This document shows positions 11,264 through 22,564 of a stretch of DNA of 56,657 nt, piece by piece; within the stretch, counting starts at the first letter, position 1; every line of letters starts with the position of its first letter. The notes under the pieces were generated by a model. That model had not been told where the DNA came from. It did not search any database and saw nothing but the letters and a program-made list of their open reading frames with translations. Made by a program: the position numbers and the translations under genes. The DNA is from Plasmodiophora brassicae (Eukaryota). The DNA lies in NCBI GenBank assembly GCA_036867785.1, contig CP145413.1:1488001-1544657 (forward strand), given 5' to 3'.

Positions 11264-14200
11264 ATGGCAGGAGGTGGCCGCAGAGCGCCCGTTCGTCTAC
11301 AGATGGAGGACGACGCCAGGACCAACTCCGACGCCGAGGCCAAGGAGCATGAATCGTCGACAGATGACGAAATCGATCGAGGGCTTCAGTCAACAAACCT
11401 GCACGGTAAGAGCCCGATCTTTATGCCTTTGAAACCGCCCATCCTACGTACCCTGAGCCTTACGGCCAAGGACGGAATTAACGATTTCCTCAAGAAATAT
11501 AGGAAACACGTCGAGATCGTTAACGAGCGCCGACTGATCTACAAGGAGGATATTCATCCGCCAACGGTGAAGTCATGCATTACCGAGGACGTCCTCAAAG
11601 GGATGTCGAAATATCGCCTACGTCAACCCGCCAGCACGATCACGGATGGCGACATCATGAGCTACTTGAGGTCAGTCCAACGCAGGGAGGCTGATGTCGA
11701 GAGTTCGACAGACATCAAGGCGCTTCTCACGAAGACAGTGGTCATGAACCTGTCAATCAAGAGTATTGAGGAACGTGTCACGTCTTTCTTCGCCAAGTTC
11801 GATGAGCTAATCGACGACTATGGGCTACAAGACACATACGCCAAAGGAACGAAAGGAACCAAGCGCAAGATCAAGGTATTACGCGGAGGTATCCGTCCCA
11901 CTGACCTTGCGGTTCTAGTCGAACGCGCGATCGAGTTCGGAGGGTGCAGGGACGCTGAGAAGGACGAGCTCAAATTCTTCGACCTCGTCGACCGTCTTGC
12001 CAAAGAGCAGGACAAACACTTCCGGCTGCAAGCTGAGAAGAAGAAGTCTCCAGCGCAGACCATGTCCCCACCTGCAGGTAAGAAAGGTAAGGACGTTGTT
12101 GCTCCGAATAGGAATGGCGGCAAGCATCCGACAAATCCGATCGGACTGAAGACAGCTCAATCGTCCACATCGCAAACGAAAGACGAATCGAGGGACATCC
12201 CCGAGCACATCCGAAAACGTTTCGAAGGTAAGGATCCTCCAAAGGCAGGTTGCCTAATCTGCAAGGAGCAGCACTGGGTCCAAGTGTGCCCGAAGGCAAC
12301 TCAAGGAGAACGCAAAGCTGCCATTGAAAAGTTCCAGAAAGAGCGCAAAGAGAAGGAGGAGAGTAAGGGCAACGCAGACACGGCAAAGCGCATGGGCCCG
12401 CCGTCGCCGTCAACACCGTCCCCTATGAGACTTCGCTTCCAGAACTCGCTCGACCTTCCATTCGAAGCCGATAGTGGTGCGACGAAGACCGTCATTTCGC
12501 AATCGCAACTGCTACGGATTCAAGCCATCCAGCATGTCCCAGTCAAAGTGTTCGACCATCCAACGGAGGCGAAACTTGCAACGATCGGGGCTACGACAAC
12601 AATTGTCGCCACAGCGATCGTGGACATCACCATTGTCCCACCTTCGCATGGCAAACCTGCACATCTACGCGGGCGGGAAATCAACGTATGTCGCGAAGAC
12701 CTATCTGATGACATTGTCCTTTTAGGAGCCCCGGAACTGGACGCGTTGGGTATCAATCCAGCTACACAACTGAAGGAGATGTTAATCGAGGCAAATGGTC
12801 CTATCATCATCGAAGCGGATCCGACCCCGGAACGTCACGCCCCAGGTGGTCAAGGGATCACGATGAGAGCGGTAAGACACCCGGAGGTAAGTGGAACAAC
12901 TCGCGATCATGAGCCCCAATTGGACACCAATGATCCGGGTGACGACTATGATGTCGAAATCGGAGAACACTCCGATACAGACGTGGACAGGGCAATAGAC
13001 CGGATGATACAACGTGCAACTGACTCCGGTTTCCCTAACGATCAAGTCCCGCGTCTACGCACAACTGTCAATCGACACAAAGACATATGGCGAACGAAGC
13101 TTGGCCGTGATCCACCTGCGAAAGTAAGTCCACTGAAACTACACTTCAAAGCAGATGCTCGTCCTGTTCGTTGCCGAACACGAAGGTATACCCTCGAACA
13201 TCAAAAATTCATGGATGATCACGTAGGAACCTTGGCGGAAAACGATTTTGTGTACCGCAATCCGCACAGCAGGTACGCGTCGCCGTGTCTGGTCGTCGAC
13301 AAGAAGGACACGGAGGTTCGCGGCCATCGGCTGACCGTCGACATCAATGAAGCCGTCAACAAACAGACCGAACGCATTGCATGGCCGATGCCTCACATCG
13401 ACATCATCCTGACCTACCTACGTTCCGCGACCATCTTCATGCTGTTCGATGCCTTTAAAGGCTATTGGCAATTTCCGTTGCACCCTGATTCGCAGGAGGC
13501 CTGCTCGTTCATGACACACATCGCCACGTTCACACCCAGGCGCATCATCCAGGGAATTGCTGATTGCGTGTTTGCGTTCCAGGCGGGAATGCAACAGGTG
13601 TTGGGGAAACTTCTATATATCTGCGCCCTACTCTGGATCGACGATATCCTCGGCTACGTATCTGGATTCGGAGCCTACATGGACACACTCGAATCTCTTC
13701 TCAACGCTTTCGACGAGTTTGGAGTTAAACTCAACCCTGATCGCTGCCAGTTATATCTCACTTCAGTGACATGGTGCGGTCGCGTTATATCCGCTGATGG
13801 AGTGTCGTTCGATCGCTCGTATCTCAACGCCTTGCACGATCTATCAACTCCTATCACGGCTGCTGATCTCCAACAGTTCCTCTCGGGCCTCAATTGGGTC
13901 CGTTCTGTTATCCCTCAATTCGCGGCACATGTTCATCCGCTACAGGATCTACTTCTGTCCGCTTCTCGTTCTGTCAGCAGTCTGAAGAAATCACACCTAC
14001 GTCGAGTTCGTTTAGCCGACATCGGCTGGACCACTGACCATCTCACCAGTTTCAATTCTCTGAAGCATCGACTATCGGAGGCCATGACGCTGGCGCACAC
14101 CAAGGACGAATGGATCATGTGTCTCTTTCCGGATGCGAGTGACCGTTTCTGGTCTGTTTTCCTGTCGCAGATCCCTCCGGAAGATATTGATCTCCCGTAC

Positions 14201-16153
14201 GGTGAGCAACACCACGAACCTTTGTCGTTCATCTCGGGGACATTCCGTGGTTCTCAATTGAAGTGGGCGACCATTGAGAAGGAGGCCTACGCCATCATTG
14301 AAGGCTGCTATCGCCTCAGACACTTCATCTCTATGTCAAAGCTGGCACTTCGAATCTTCACAGACCACCGTAATTTGGTTTTCATTCTGAACCCAGCCTC
14401 GGTTGCACGAATTAGTCGGACGACCGGCGATCGCTTGGAGCGCTGGCGACTTCAGATTATCGACCTAGATTTTCACATTGAGCACATTGCTGGGGAGGAC
14501 AACGTTTGGGCCGACCTCGCCACGCGGTGGGGCGTCGCCCTGCAACCACTCTCCTCATTTTCCCCTCCATCGTTCCGTTCTATTCGTCATATGGCAATTA
14601 ATCTTGACTTCGACGATTACAAGATGACCGATGAGTTTATCTGGCCGTCTGTCGACGAGATTAGTAACGCTCAGACCGACTACATTCGCCAACACGACCT
14701 ATCTGCCGTTTCCGATATTCTCCAACTCGAAGGGGACATGTCTCTCCACCTTAGCCCGGAATCTGGCTGGCGTACTCCAGACAATCAACTCTGGGTACCA
14801 TCACATGCACTGCAGCTACGCATCGCAGTGATTTCACATATGGGACTGTCTGGTCATCAACCTGCTGCATCGACTATTTCGAGCATCGCACAACTCTTCT
14901 GGTGGCCTGATCTGGATTCCTTTGTTCGTGCATTTGTGGACAAATGCTTACACTGCCTACGCAACAAAGATTCGATGATTCCCCGACCTTTTGGCACGGC
15001 TATGCATGCGGACAAGCCCAATAAGGTCATCCACTATGACTTTCTGTTCTTATCCAAACCTCGTCCAGGCGATTCTCATCAACTTCGTTATGTTCTGGTT
15101 CTGAAGGACGACGCCACGGCATTCGTCGAGTTAATTCCTTGTCAATTCGCGGATCACAGCGTTGTCGCCGAATCTCTTCTGGATTGGTTCAAACGTTTCG
15201 GCATTGTTTTCCAACATGTCTCTGACCGCGGCACACACTTCAAAAACGCGGTTATCGCCGAGCTTAATAGCCGGTTACACTGCAACCATCATTTCACAAC
15301 TGCCTACACACCTTGGGCGAACGGCACGGTTGAGGTTGTCAACAAGCGGCTTCTCTTCCTGCTGAAGTCCCTCCTCTCCGAGCTAAATCTTCCATTCCAG
15401 GATTGGCCGTATGTCCTTCCGCTGATCAACATGACGGTAAATCACACTGTTCGATCAAGTGTGGGCTACGCGCCTGTCACGATGTTTACGGGTTTGCCAC
15501 CCTCGACACCTATCTCGATTATCTTCAACAAACGCATCGACGCGGTTATCGACGTGCCGTTGACCCCTGACCGTCTCAAGGAAATGACGACGGAACTTAT
15601 CGATTCTCTCGAGGACATGCACAAAGCAGTGGCACGTACACGCACCCATCTACGTGATCTCAAGCAACGCGCCCGGCGTCGCCGACGCAATGTTCGCGAG
15701 ATCAACTTCACGACGGGCGACTATGTTCTCGTGGCCAACCATGGCAAGCACTCCAAGTCCGAGTACAACTGGACTGGACCTGCCCAGATTATCGACACCA
15801 TCAACGACTGGGTGTATCGAGTTCGAGATCTCTTGACTGATCGTATCTCAGATGTACACGCCCAGCGCTTAATGTTCTATGCAGATGCGCACTTGAATGT
15901 CACCTCTTCCCTGAAGCACAACATCGCGCTCACCGGCGTGGCTTACCAAGTCAACGCAGTCGAGGACATTCGAGTCAATTCTACGTCAGGTGACACTGAA
16001 CTACTGATCAACTGGATCGGATTCGATGCCACCGACAATTCATGGGAACCTTACTCGGTCATGGCGGCCGATGTTCCTGATATCGTCAGGGCCTTCCTCG
16101 AACGACACGCCGAAGGAGACTCGCTCTGCTCACGACTGTTAGCAGATTTCTAA
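11264..16153 (+). CDS. Gag-Pol polyprotein (Zn knuckle, protease, RT, RNase H, integrase, chromodomain)
   Basis: CLICKEQHWVQVC knuckle, ADSGA protease, FDAFKGYWQ and LWIDD in RT, DAS/EKE/TDH in RNase H, HHCC plus SDRGTHF integrase, and C-terminal LINWIGFDATDNSWEP chromodomain. Domain order PR-RT-RH-IN. Confidence 0.97.
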   Translation: MAGGGRRAPVRLQMEDDARTNSDAEAKEHESSTDDEIDRGLQSTNLHGKSPIFMPLKPPILRTLSLTAKDGINDFLKKYRKHVEIVNERRLIYKEDIHPPTVKSCITEDVLKGMSKYRLRQPASTITDGDIMSYLRSVQRREADVESSTDIKALLTKTVVMNLSIKSIEERVTSFFAKFDELIDDYGLQDTYAKGTKGTKRKIKVLRGGIRPTDLAVLVERAIEFGGCRDAEKDELKFFDLVDRLAKEQDKHFRLQAEKKKSPAQTMSPPAGKKGKDVVAPNRNGGKHPTNPIGLKTAQSSTSQTKDESRDIPEHIRKRFEGKDPPKAGCLICKEQHWVQVCPKATQGERKAAIEKFQKERKEKEESKGNADTAKRMGPPSPSTPSPMRLRFQNSLDLPFEADSGATKTVISQSQLLRIQAIQHVPVKVFDHPTEAKLATIGATTTIVATAIVDITIVPPSHGKPAHLRGREINVCREDLSDDIVLLGAPELDALGINPATQLKEMLIEANGPIIIEADPTPERHAPGGQGITMRAVRHPEVSGTTRDHEPQLDTNDPGDDYDVEIGEHSDTDVDRAIDRMIQRATDSGFPNDQVPRLRTTVNRHKDIWRTKLGRDPPAKVSPLKLHFKADARPVRCRTRRYTLEHQKFMDDHVGTLAENDFVYRNPHSRYASPCLVVDKKDTEVRGHRLTVDINEAVNKQTERIAWPMPHIDIILTYLRSATIFMLFDAFKGYWQFPLHPDSQEACSFMTHIATFTPRRIIQGIADCVFAFQAGMQQVLGKLLYICALLWIDDILGYVSGFGAYMDTLESLLNAFDEFGVKLNPDRCQLYLTSVTWCGRVISADGVSFDRSYLNALHDLSTPITAADLQQFLSGLNWVRSVIPQFAAHVHPLQDLLLSASRSVSSLKKSHLRRVRLADIGWTTDHLTSFNSLKHRLSEAMTLAHTKDEWIMCLFPDASDRFWSVFLSQIPPEDIDLPYGEQHHEPLSFISGTFRGSQLKWATIEKEAYAIIEGCYRLRHFISMSKLALRIFTDHRNLVFILNPASVARISRTTGDRLERWRLQIIDLDFHIEHIAGEDNVWADLATRWGVALQPLSSFSPPSFRSIRHMAINLDFDDYKMTDEFIWPSVDEISNAQTDYIRQHDLSAVSDILQLEGDMSLHLSPESGWRTPDNQLWVPSHALQLRIAVISHMGLSGHQPAASTISSIAQLFWWPDLDSFVRAFVDKCLHCLRNKDSMIPRPFGTAMHADKPNKVIHYDFLFLSKPRPGDSHQLRYVLVLKDDATAFVELIPCQFADHSVVAESLLDWFKRFGIVFQHVSDRGTHFKNAVIAELNSRLHCNHHFTTAYTPWANGTVEVVNKRLLFLLKSLLSELNLPFQDWPYVLPLINMTVNHTVRSSVGYAPVTMFTGLPPSTPISIIFNKRIDAVIDVPLTPDRLKEMTTELIDSLEDMHKAVARTRTHLRDLKQRARRRRRNVREINFTTGDYVLVANHGKHSKSEYNWTGPAQIIDTINDWVYRVRDLLTDRISDVHAQRLMFYADAHLNVTSSLKHNIALTGVAYQVNAVEDIRVNSTSGDTELLINWIGFDATDNSWEPYSVMAADVPDIVRAFLERHAEGDSLCSRLLADF

Positions 16154-16162
16154 CACGGGGAG

Positions 16163-16359
16163 TGTTCATCCAGAGTACCAGTACTCAGATGATGCTGCTC
16201 AGATGCTGCTGCCACCCGGTCACATGATCATGACCGTACTCGACCCCGCAGCGGCCCTTGCTGTGACGATCCTGTCCAAATACATCAGTTCGTTATATCA
16301 CCAGGCGCCGACTCTTGCGACCGACCGCCCCCGTAGTGGGCAGCGGCGGCGTTAGCACA
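16163..16359 (+). repeat. 3' LTR
   Basis: Direct repeat of 11024-11220. Confidence 0.97.
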
Positions 16360-16610
16360 CCCTTCATGGACCGGCGCGGCGGCAGCAAGAAGTCTCTTAC
16401 CTGTTCGAGCTCTTGCCATTCCTCTTCAACGATCAACGTACGGCACGTGCGGATCCATGTTATACGCCGCTTCAATCGCCGCGTCCAGGGACGAGGACTG
16501 ACAGGGGCGAACGGCTGTTCGGAGTGCGGGATGCAGTGTCGCGATGAACTTCTCGACAAGTAGCTTACCACCTGCTTGGCGGTGGAGGACATGGAATTGG
16601 CGTACATGAT
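16360..16610 (-). pseudogene. hAT transposase remnant, upstream part
   Basis: LIVEEEWQELEQVRDFLLP resembles the hAT 'eeW..l..l..fL.PF' block and reads into the TSD. Confidence 0.55.
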
Positions 16611-16613
16611 CTT

Positions 16614-16671
16614 TCAGGTTCGGCGTGCTCTGCTGATAGTTGTCAGGTTCGGCGTGCTCTGCTGATAGTTG
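16614..16671 (+). repeat. 29-bp tandem duplication
   Basis: TCAGGTTCGGCGTGCTCTGCTGATAGTTG x2 at the junction between the gag fragment and the hAT remnant. Confidence 0.9.
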
Positions 16672-17293
16672 TCGAACACGGTCTTCGCCCAGACGGCCGA
16701 GATGTCTGGGAAGGAGCGCAGGAGAGTGGCCCGTAGGTCCGCGATCGTCCCATCGACCATGATATCGACAGTATAGTAGCAGTCAGGGCCGGTCTTTGGA
16801 GCGCGGAAAGCGCATCAAAGGCGTAATCCGGGAGTGGCTCCGTCGAATGGGGGTTGAGTCGGAGGCGCCTGAGGCATAGGGCAAACCACTGGGCCGCAGT
16901 AAGGCCATCGTGCGCCCGGTCCCCGGTGAACGGGGGAAGCTTGCCAGGTTTTACCGGCGGCGGGGCTGACGGCAGCGTCGTCAACAGAGGGTCGGAAGGC
17001 GGCAGGAGCAGCGCGGGGGCAGCATCCGGATGGTCCGTATGATCGTCCCGAGAGGCGTCCAAACAGGGTTTGCCCGGATCGGCAGTGGCAGTTTGTTGGC
17101 GCGTGACTGGCATAGTGGCGGAGGCAGGAGCAACAGTAGCGGAGGCAGCGACGGCAAGTAGGGAAGTGACGGCGAGGACGACAGTGGCGGCACGGCGGGG
17201 AGGACAGCGACGACGAGGCGACAGCACAGGCAGCGGTAGGAGCTTTTGGGCCCACAACCAATGAAGGCGCACACTAACTAAAAGTGAGTGTAC
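16643..17293 (-). pseudogene. Truncated LTR-retrotransposon fragment (LTR end, PBS-like site, gag)
   Basis: Minus strand reads ...CTTCA T TGGTTGTGGGCCC (LTR end plus a TGG PBS-like site), followed by gag-like PVKPGKLPPFTGDR...AAQWF. Confidence 0.45.
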
Positions 17294-17350
17294 AGGCCGG
17301 GCCCCGGGACATTTACGTCTTCCGAGGGCGCGCGCAGCTGGGTCATTGTC

Positions 17351-18014
17351 TCATTGACCACTGTATTCGTGTCCATATCGAACGTGCAGCGCAGCCCTGA
17401 ACGATGCATGGCGGATGCCGGGTGGGCGGGCGCGTTCAAATCGCTCGATAGCCATTGCCGGCGTGACGCGATGGACCTCGATCAGGTAGGCGCAGATCAG
17501 GAAACCGGTCCGATTGAACCCGTAATGGCAGTGGACCCCGATTTGCACAGGGCCTTCTTCCTATACAACGCTTATATGCCTACTATGACATGGCGAGCGT
17601 TGCAGCACAGCAAACGTACGTGTGACATGCGGTTGGAGGCCTGCACGAGGTCGATAAACCTGCTGACATCGGCTGCGCTGGGAACGGACTTCGCCACGAG
17701 CGGTACCTTGTGCCGAACGATTCGACCGTCGACGTCGTAATTGTCCAGGTCGCTGCTAAGGTCGACGATCACACGAACGCGCGGTTTCGCATCGAGGAAC
17801 GCACGGAGCGTGTGCCCGTGCGAATCGTCCCTTGGGCAATCCATCAGTTCGTTGCCGCACCTCGCACGCTGCACCAACGACACGCGGACCTGGAGAACGT
17901 CTTCATTGGCAGCAGATTGGTCCCCTCAACGATGCCGCCGAAATTCTCGACTCGCATCCACTTGTCCAGGTTCTTCAGAACGCTGACGGTGACCTTGCTG
18001 CCCCGGTCCGTCAT
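17351..18014 (-). CDS. Dual-specificity phosphatase (DUSP11/RNA triphosphatase-like), multi-exon
   Basis: CX5R motif IGVHCHYGFNRTGFLIC, plus LLPMKTFS, VIVDLS and FERARPPGI. Confidence 0.85.
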
Positions 18015-18516
18015 TGGCGCGCGCGTCGCGGCGACGGTGGGGTCGTCCACGCTGCGGTCGGCAACAAAGATGAACGCCACTGTGCGGGTGCAGTGCAGAC
18101 CATGTAGTTGTGTTGAGCCCCAGCAGCTGGCGCCACCAACGTGATCGGGCCGATAACGTCCGCCGTTTCAGGCCGTGACGACCCGCGGAATCCCGGCCCT
18201 GCCGACACGACGCACGCCTTGGATTTGTACGTAGCCCCGCTGCCTCCCTCGATGCGCGGCAGTCCAGGACGGACGCTGCGGGAAACGGGAAGCCGCCCAG
18301 GTCTGCCGCCTAGGCACAAAGGCAGTGACGCGCAGTCAGCAGTGGAAGGCACGGTACTGGTACCATTGCACATGGAATAGGCCGTTCACCAAATGCAAGC
18401 CATTCGCGCAGGAATGAACCAGATCGGGTCAGAAAAAGGGGGGTGGTCGGGTGTGTGCGCGCGCGATCAAAATCGAAGGTGTCGTCGGCGTTGCCGGACG
18501 GACCGGTGTCCAGATC

Positions 18517-19830
18517 ATGTCGGAGGGGGGCGGGTCCAAGCCCAAGAAGACGTCGACGGCCAAGAACCTGGTCGCTGGCGGTCTCGCCGGGGTATGCTGC
18601 TGGGTTGCCAGTCGAACGCGTGGCCGCCCCATCCCTGACAATGATCGGTGCGCACAGGCCATCGAGGCGACCATCATGTACCCGACGGAATTCGTCAAGT
18701 ACGCCGCAATCCCATGTGTGTATATATGTGTGTGCCTACTGTTGCTGAACCGCACCACCCCTGTTTCGTATCAGGACCCAGTTGCAGCTGGCGTCCAAGG
18801 CCCAAGGTACGCCGCCGTTCACGACGCCTCTCGGCTGCCTGAAGTACACGGTCGAAACACGGGGCGTCTTTGGCCTATACTCTGTAATTGCAACGGGCGA
18901 TTCGTGGCAACTACCCGGCTTCCGGTTGTAATGGTCGTCCGCTGTTTGTAGGGGCTGTCGACGCTGGTGGTGGGCAGCATCCCGAAGGCTGCCGTTCGAT
19001 TCGCTGCCTTCAACGAGCTGTCTAACCGGATGAAGGGGCCCGACGGGAAACTCTCGACGACGTCGACAATGCTGGCCGGGTTAGGCGCCGGCATATTCGA
19101 GGCCATTATTGCCGGTCAGTTCAGCGGGGCCCTGATGACGGCCGTTGTACGTGCCCGTTTCTGACTCGGGCCGCGAATTCGGCAGTGACGCCGATGGAGA
19201 CCGTCAAGACGAAGATGATTGACGACAAGAACAGGGCGACGCCCCGTTACCGCGGCCTGGTCCATGGTGTTACCACGATCGTCAAGGAGGACGGTATCGC
19301 TGGCGTTTACGCCGGCGTCGTCCCTACGATGCTGAAGCAAGGCGCCAATCAGGCCGTCCGGTTCGCCATTTACGGTCGCATCAAGGCGCTGATCTGCGGC
19401 GATTCCGGGCAGATCACGACGCTCCAGTCCATGCTGACGGGCAGCTTGGCTGGTTTCGTCAGCGTCTACGCGACGATGCCTTTTGACGTCGGCCTGACAT
19501 GCCTTGATTGTGGCCGCACCCGCCTGATTAGCCGTCGTTTCAGGTTGTCAAGACGCGCATGCAGGGCCTGGAGGCAAAGAACTACACGGGCACGTTGAAC
19601 TGTTTCACGTCCGTCGTCAAGAATGACGGCGTGCTGGCGCTCTGGAAGGGGACCACGCCCCGGCTGGGCCGTGTCATGTTCAGCGGCGGCATCATCTTCG
19701 CCTGTACGGTTGCGCGTCCGCTGTCAACAACGTCATCGTCGCCAAGTCGTTCTTATGCATCCTCTATCTCTGCGCAGGCTACGAGGCGATTATCAAGGCG
19801 CTGGCTCCCGTGTGGCCCGACCCTGAATAG
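18517..19830 (+). CDS. Mitochondrial carrier, citrate/tricarboxylate transporter-like, multi-exon
   Basis: Three PxD/ExxK repeats (YPTEFVK, TPMETVKTK, MPFDVVKTRMQ), plus GSIPKAAVRF, KQGANQAVRF and GTTPRLGR. Confidence 0.9.
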
Positions 19831-20036
19831 CGGTCACCTGCTTGCCACTGGAACGTTGATATACACAGTGCCGGATTGCAACTCTACTGCCATACCTGGG
19901 CCTTCCGCATCTCGCTACCTTGTAGGAGCCCCCGTGTATTGTACCACCTCCTACCTGTGTCGCATTGGTCAAGGAGGCCGAGGCGTGCGCGCGGACCAAG
20001 CAAGCGCGCCCAGCGCCGCGTGCGATCGTTGCGGCC

Positions 20037-20827
20037 ATGGCGTACGTCATTGATGCCGCCAAGTCGGTCGACCTGTCCGGCGTCGTCCCACGTACGGCCA
20101 CGCTGCGGGATGGGACGCAGGGTATTGCCGGCAGGACCCGTACTGGTGCCCGGCTCACACACTGTCTGCGCTAGTCACCATCGACCGGTTGAACCGTGCG
20201 GCGCGCGAGGACATCACGACGCTGCGTGACCTGCTGAACGGGGAGATAGGTTGGGGTATTGGCCCATGCGTTCGTGGCGTTCACTCCTGACTATATAGCG
20301 CTGGCGTGCGCTCGCAGAATCGGGGACGTACCCGCAGGATCGGCCAGTCGACGATGCCGGCTTCCTGGCGTACTATGCGTCCCACGAAGTGTTCGTGGCC
20401 AGGCCGACCCAGTCTGGCACAATCCTCGGGTCATTCTACGGTTCGTAAGCACGGCGGGCGCACGTATACGCAACCACGCCTAATCTGATTCCGATCCCCG
20501 CCTGCAGTGAAACCGAACTTCCCAGGGCGATGCGCCCACATCTGCAATTCGGGATTCCTGGTCGTCCCTGCATATCGCGGTCGTGGCGTGGGTCGCGCCC
20601 TCGCCGAGGCGTTCGAAGCCGTCGCGCCGGCATGTGGCTATAGGGCCGCCTTCTTCAACCTCGTCTTCGAGGACAACCCGGCGTCGCTGGCGCTGTGGGA
20701 TTCCCTGCACTACGTACGAACGGGTCGCGTCCCCGGTGCCAAAGTCCCGCCATCAGGAACGCCCGTCGACGCTGTCATGTTCTACAAGGCGTTCCGTCCG
20801 GTTAGGGGCACCTGCCCCGGACAGTAA
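20037..20827 (+). CDS. GNAT N-acetyltransferase, multi-exon
   Basis: KPNFPGRCAHICNSGFLV, acetyl-CoA motif YRGRGVGRAL, and FNLVFEDNPASLALW. Confidence 0.85.
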
Positions 20828-21116
20828 ACCGTGATTCTGTATACCGCAACCGGGTCACGGGGACCTGCAGGTAGGTACCGGTAGGAGCCGCGTCTGTAGT
20901 GTGGTCAGGTGGGACAGACGGCGTCCCATCGCCGGGTGGATGCGGACAATTGGACAACGTCGGCGGTTGGGGCGCATTTTGGCCGTGCCGGTCACGGACT
21001 TGGAGACGCGTCGTCATAGACGAACCCGGGGTGCCGTCGCCTACCCGATAGGCGTCGCCGTGGAGGGCGCACGTGCGACCAGCGACCGTGACGACGAAGA
21101 AGGCGCGCCGCCCACA

Positions 21117-22332
21117 ATGGCGAGCGTCGTGCTTCAGGTTCCCCGGCGCGCCCAATCGCTGATCATCGGCAAGGGTCGCAAGACCATCACCGAGATCATG
21201 CAGGACACGGGCACGGAGATCTACGTGCCGGCCCGCAAGCAGCAGTCCTCGGAGATCACCATCAAGGGCCCGACCGGACAGGCCGTCAAGGACGCCCAGG
21301 AGAGGATCGAACACATTCTGGGATACGAACTCGACGAGGAGGAGCTCACCGTCGCGTACTTCGGCGTCCCCAAGGTACGCACCAGTTTCGCGATGTGTCC
21401 CGTTGTCGTTGACTTGTCGTGGCACAGTCTGAACACTCTGCATTGATTGGCGTCAATGGGACGTTGCTGAAGGACCTGCGCAAACAGGTACGCGCCGGGT
21501 GATGCCCGTCTCGTCCGCGTCCCTCTCAGCGTGCGTGCACGTGCAGTGTGGGTGCCATATCCATGTGCCGCGCATGCGAGACCGGGAGCGTAATGTGGAA
21601 GTGCATGGCAACCCGGCGTCCATCCAGTTGGCGCAGTCCAAGGTCGAGGCCATTGTCGGGCACGCTATCACGATCAGCTACTCGGGTCCCGTTGTCGAGG
21701 GCAATGCCAAGGCGGGTGCGGCGGATGGGTCTCCTGGTGCTGGATCGCCCCATGATGACGGCGGTGCTGGCAACACGCCTGCCGCTGCGGCTTCGGGCAA
21801 CGGGCGGGGCCGTGCACGACCAGTGTCGAAAGGTTCCGTCGATCCTGCCACCGGCAAGCGGCGGCTCGAGAAGGGTCGCATTAACGACATCGTCTTCCTG
21901 CCACAGAAGGCAGCGACCGAGTCTGACCCGTTCGCGCGCATCCTCGGCTACATAGCCGAGGCGTCGTCGTCGGTCAGCCTGTGCGTGTCGGTCCTCGACA
22001 ATCAGGCGCTGGCCGTCCTCCTGCAGAACCTCCTATCGCAGAACATTCCCGTCTCGATCATCGTCAGCAGCAGCGTCCCCGGGTCGAACCTGAGCGAGGC
22101 CCGCACGCTGCAGAGCCTGGGCGCGCAGGTCAAGGTCGACCCCGCCGGCGTCACCGACTTCCTCAACTTTGCCGTCATCGACAATGCCCTCGTGATATCC
22201 GGCTCAAGTACCTGGACCAAGGCCGACAGCCTGCAGGCGCGCCAGTCGATCGTCGTCACGAACCATCGCGACTTTGTCCGCGCCTTCAAGAACGAGTTCG
22301 CCGAGATCTTCACGTCGCTCAACTCGCTGTAG
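21117..22332 (+). CDS. Two KH domains fused to a degenerate PLD6/Zucchini-like phospholipase D domain
   Basis: KH1 SLIIGKGRKTITEIMQDTGTEIYVP. KH2 SALIGVNGTLLKDLRKQ/CGCHIHVP spans short introns. C-terminal LNFAVIDNALVISGSSTWT...FKNEF. Confidence 0.7.
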
Positions 22333-22564
22333 GCGCGCCCTTGCCCCCGCGTCCACAGCAACGTACGGCGTGCATCTCCCATGTCGTCGTCCGTATGCGG
22401 CGCCGACAAATCATCAGCCGTCTCTGGTTATAAATGCGGCCACCTGGGTACGATGGCCTCGACCCGATCTCGTTGAGCGTGTCATTGCGGCGGCCCAGCG
22501 CATGAGCCGACGTACGGCGCCGTGTTGCCGCCGGATGAGGGCGTGCGCCGCCGCCGGGGACGTG

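Larger units (their letters stand above)
11024..16359 (+). mobile_element. Full-length Ty3/gypsy LTR retrotransposon with chromodomain
   Basis: Two 197-bp TG...CA LTRs, CCCTT target-site duplication (11019-11023 and 16360-16364), short purine tract GGGGAG before the 3' LTR, and one gag-pol ORF. Confidence 0.97.
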
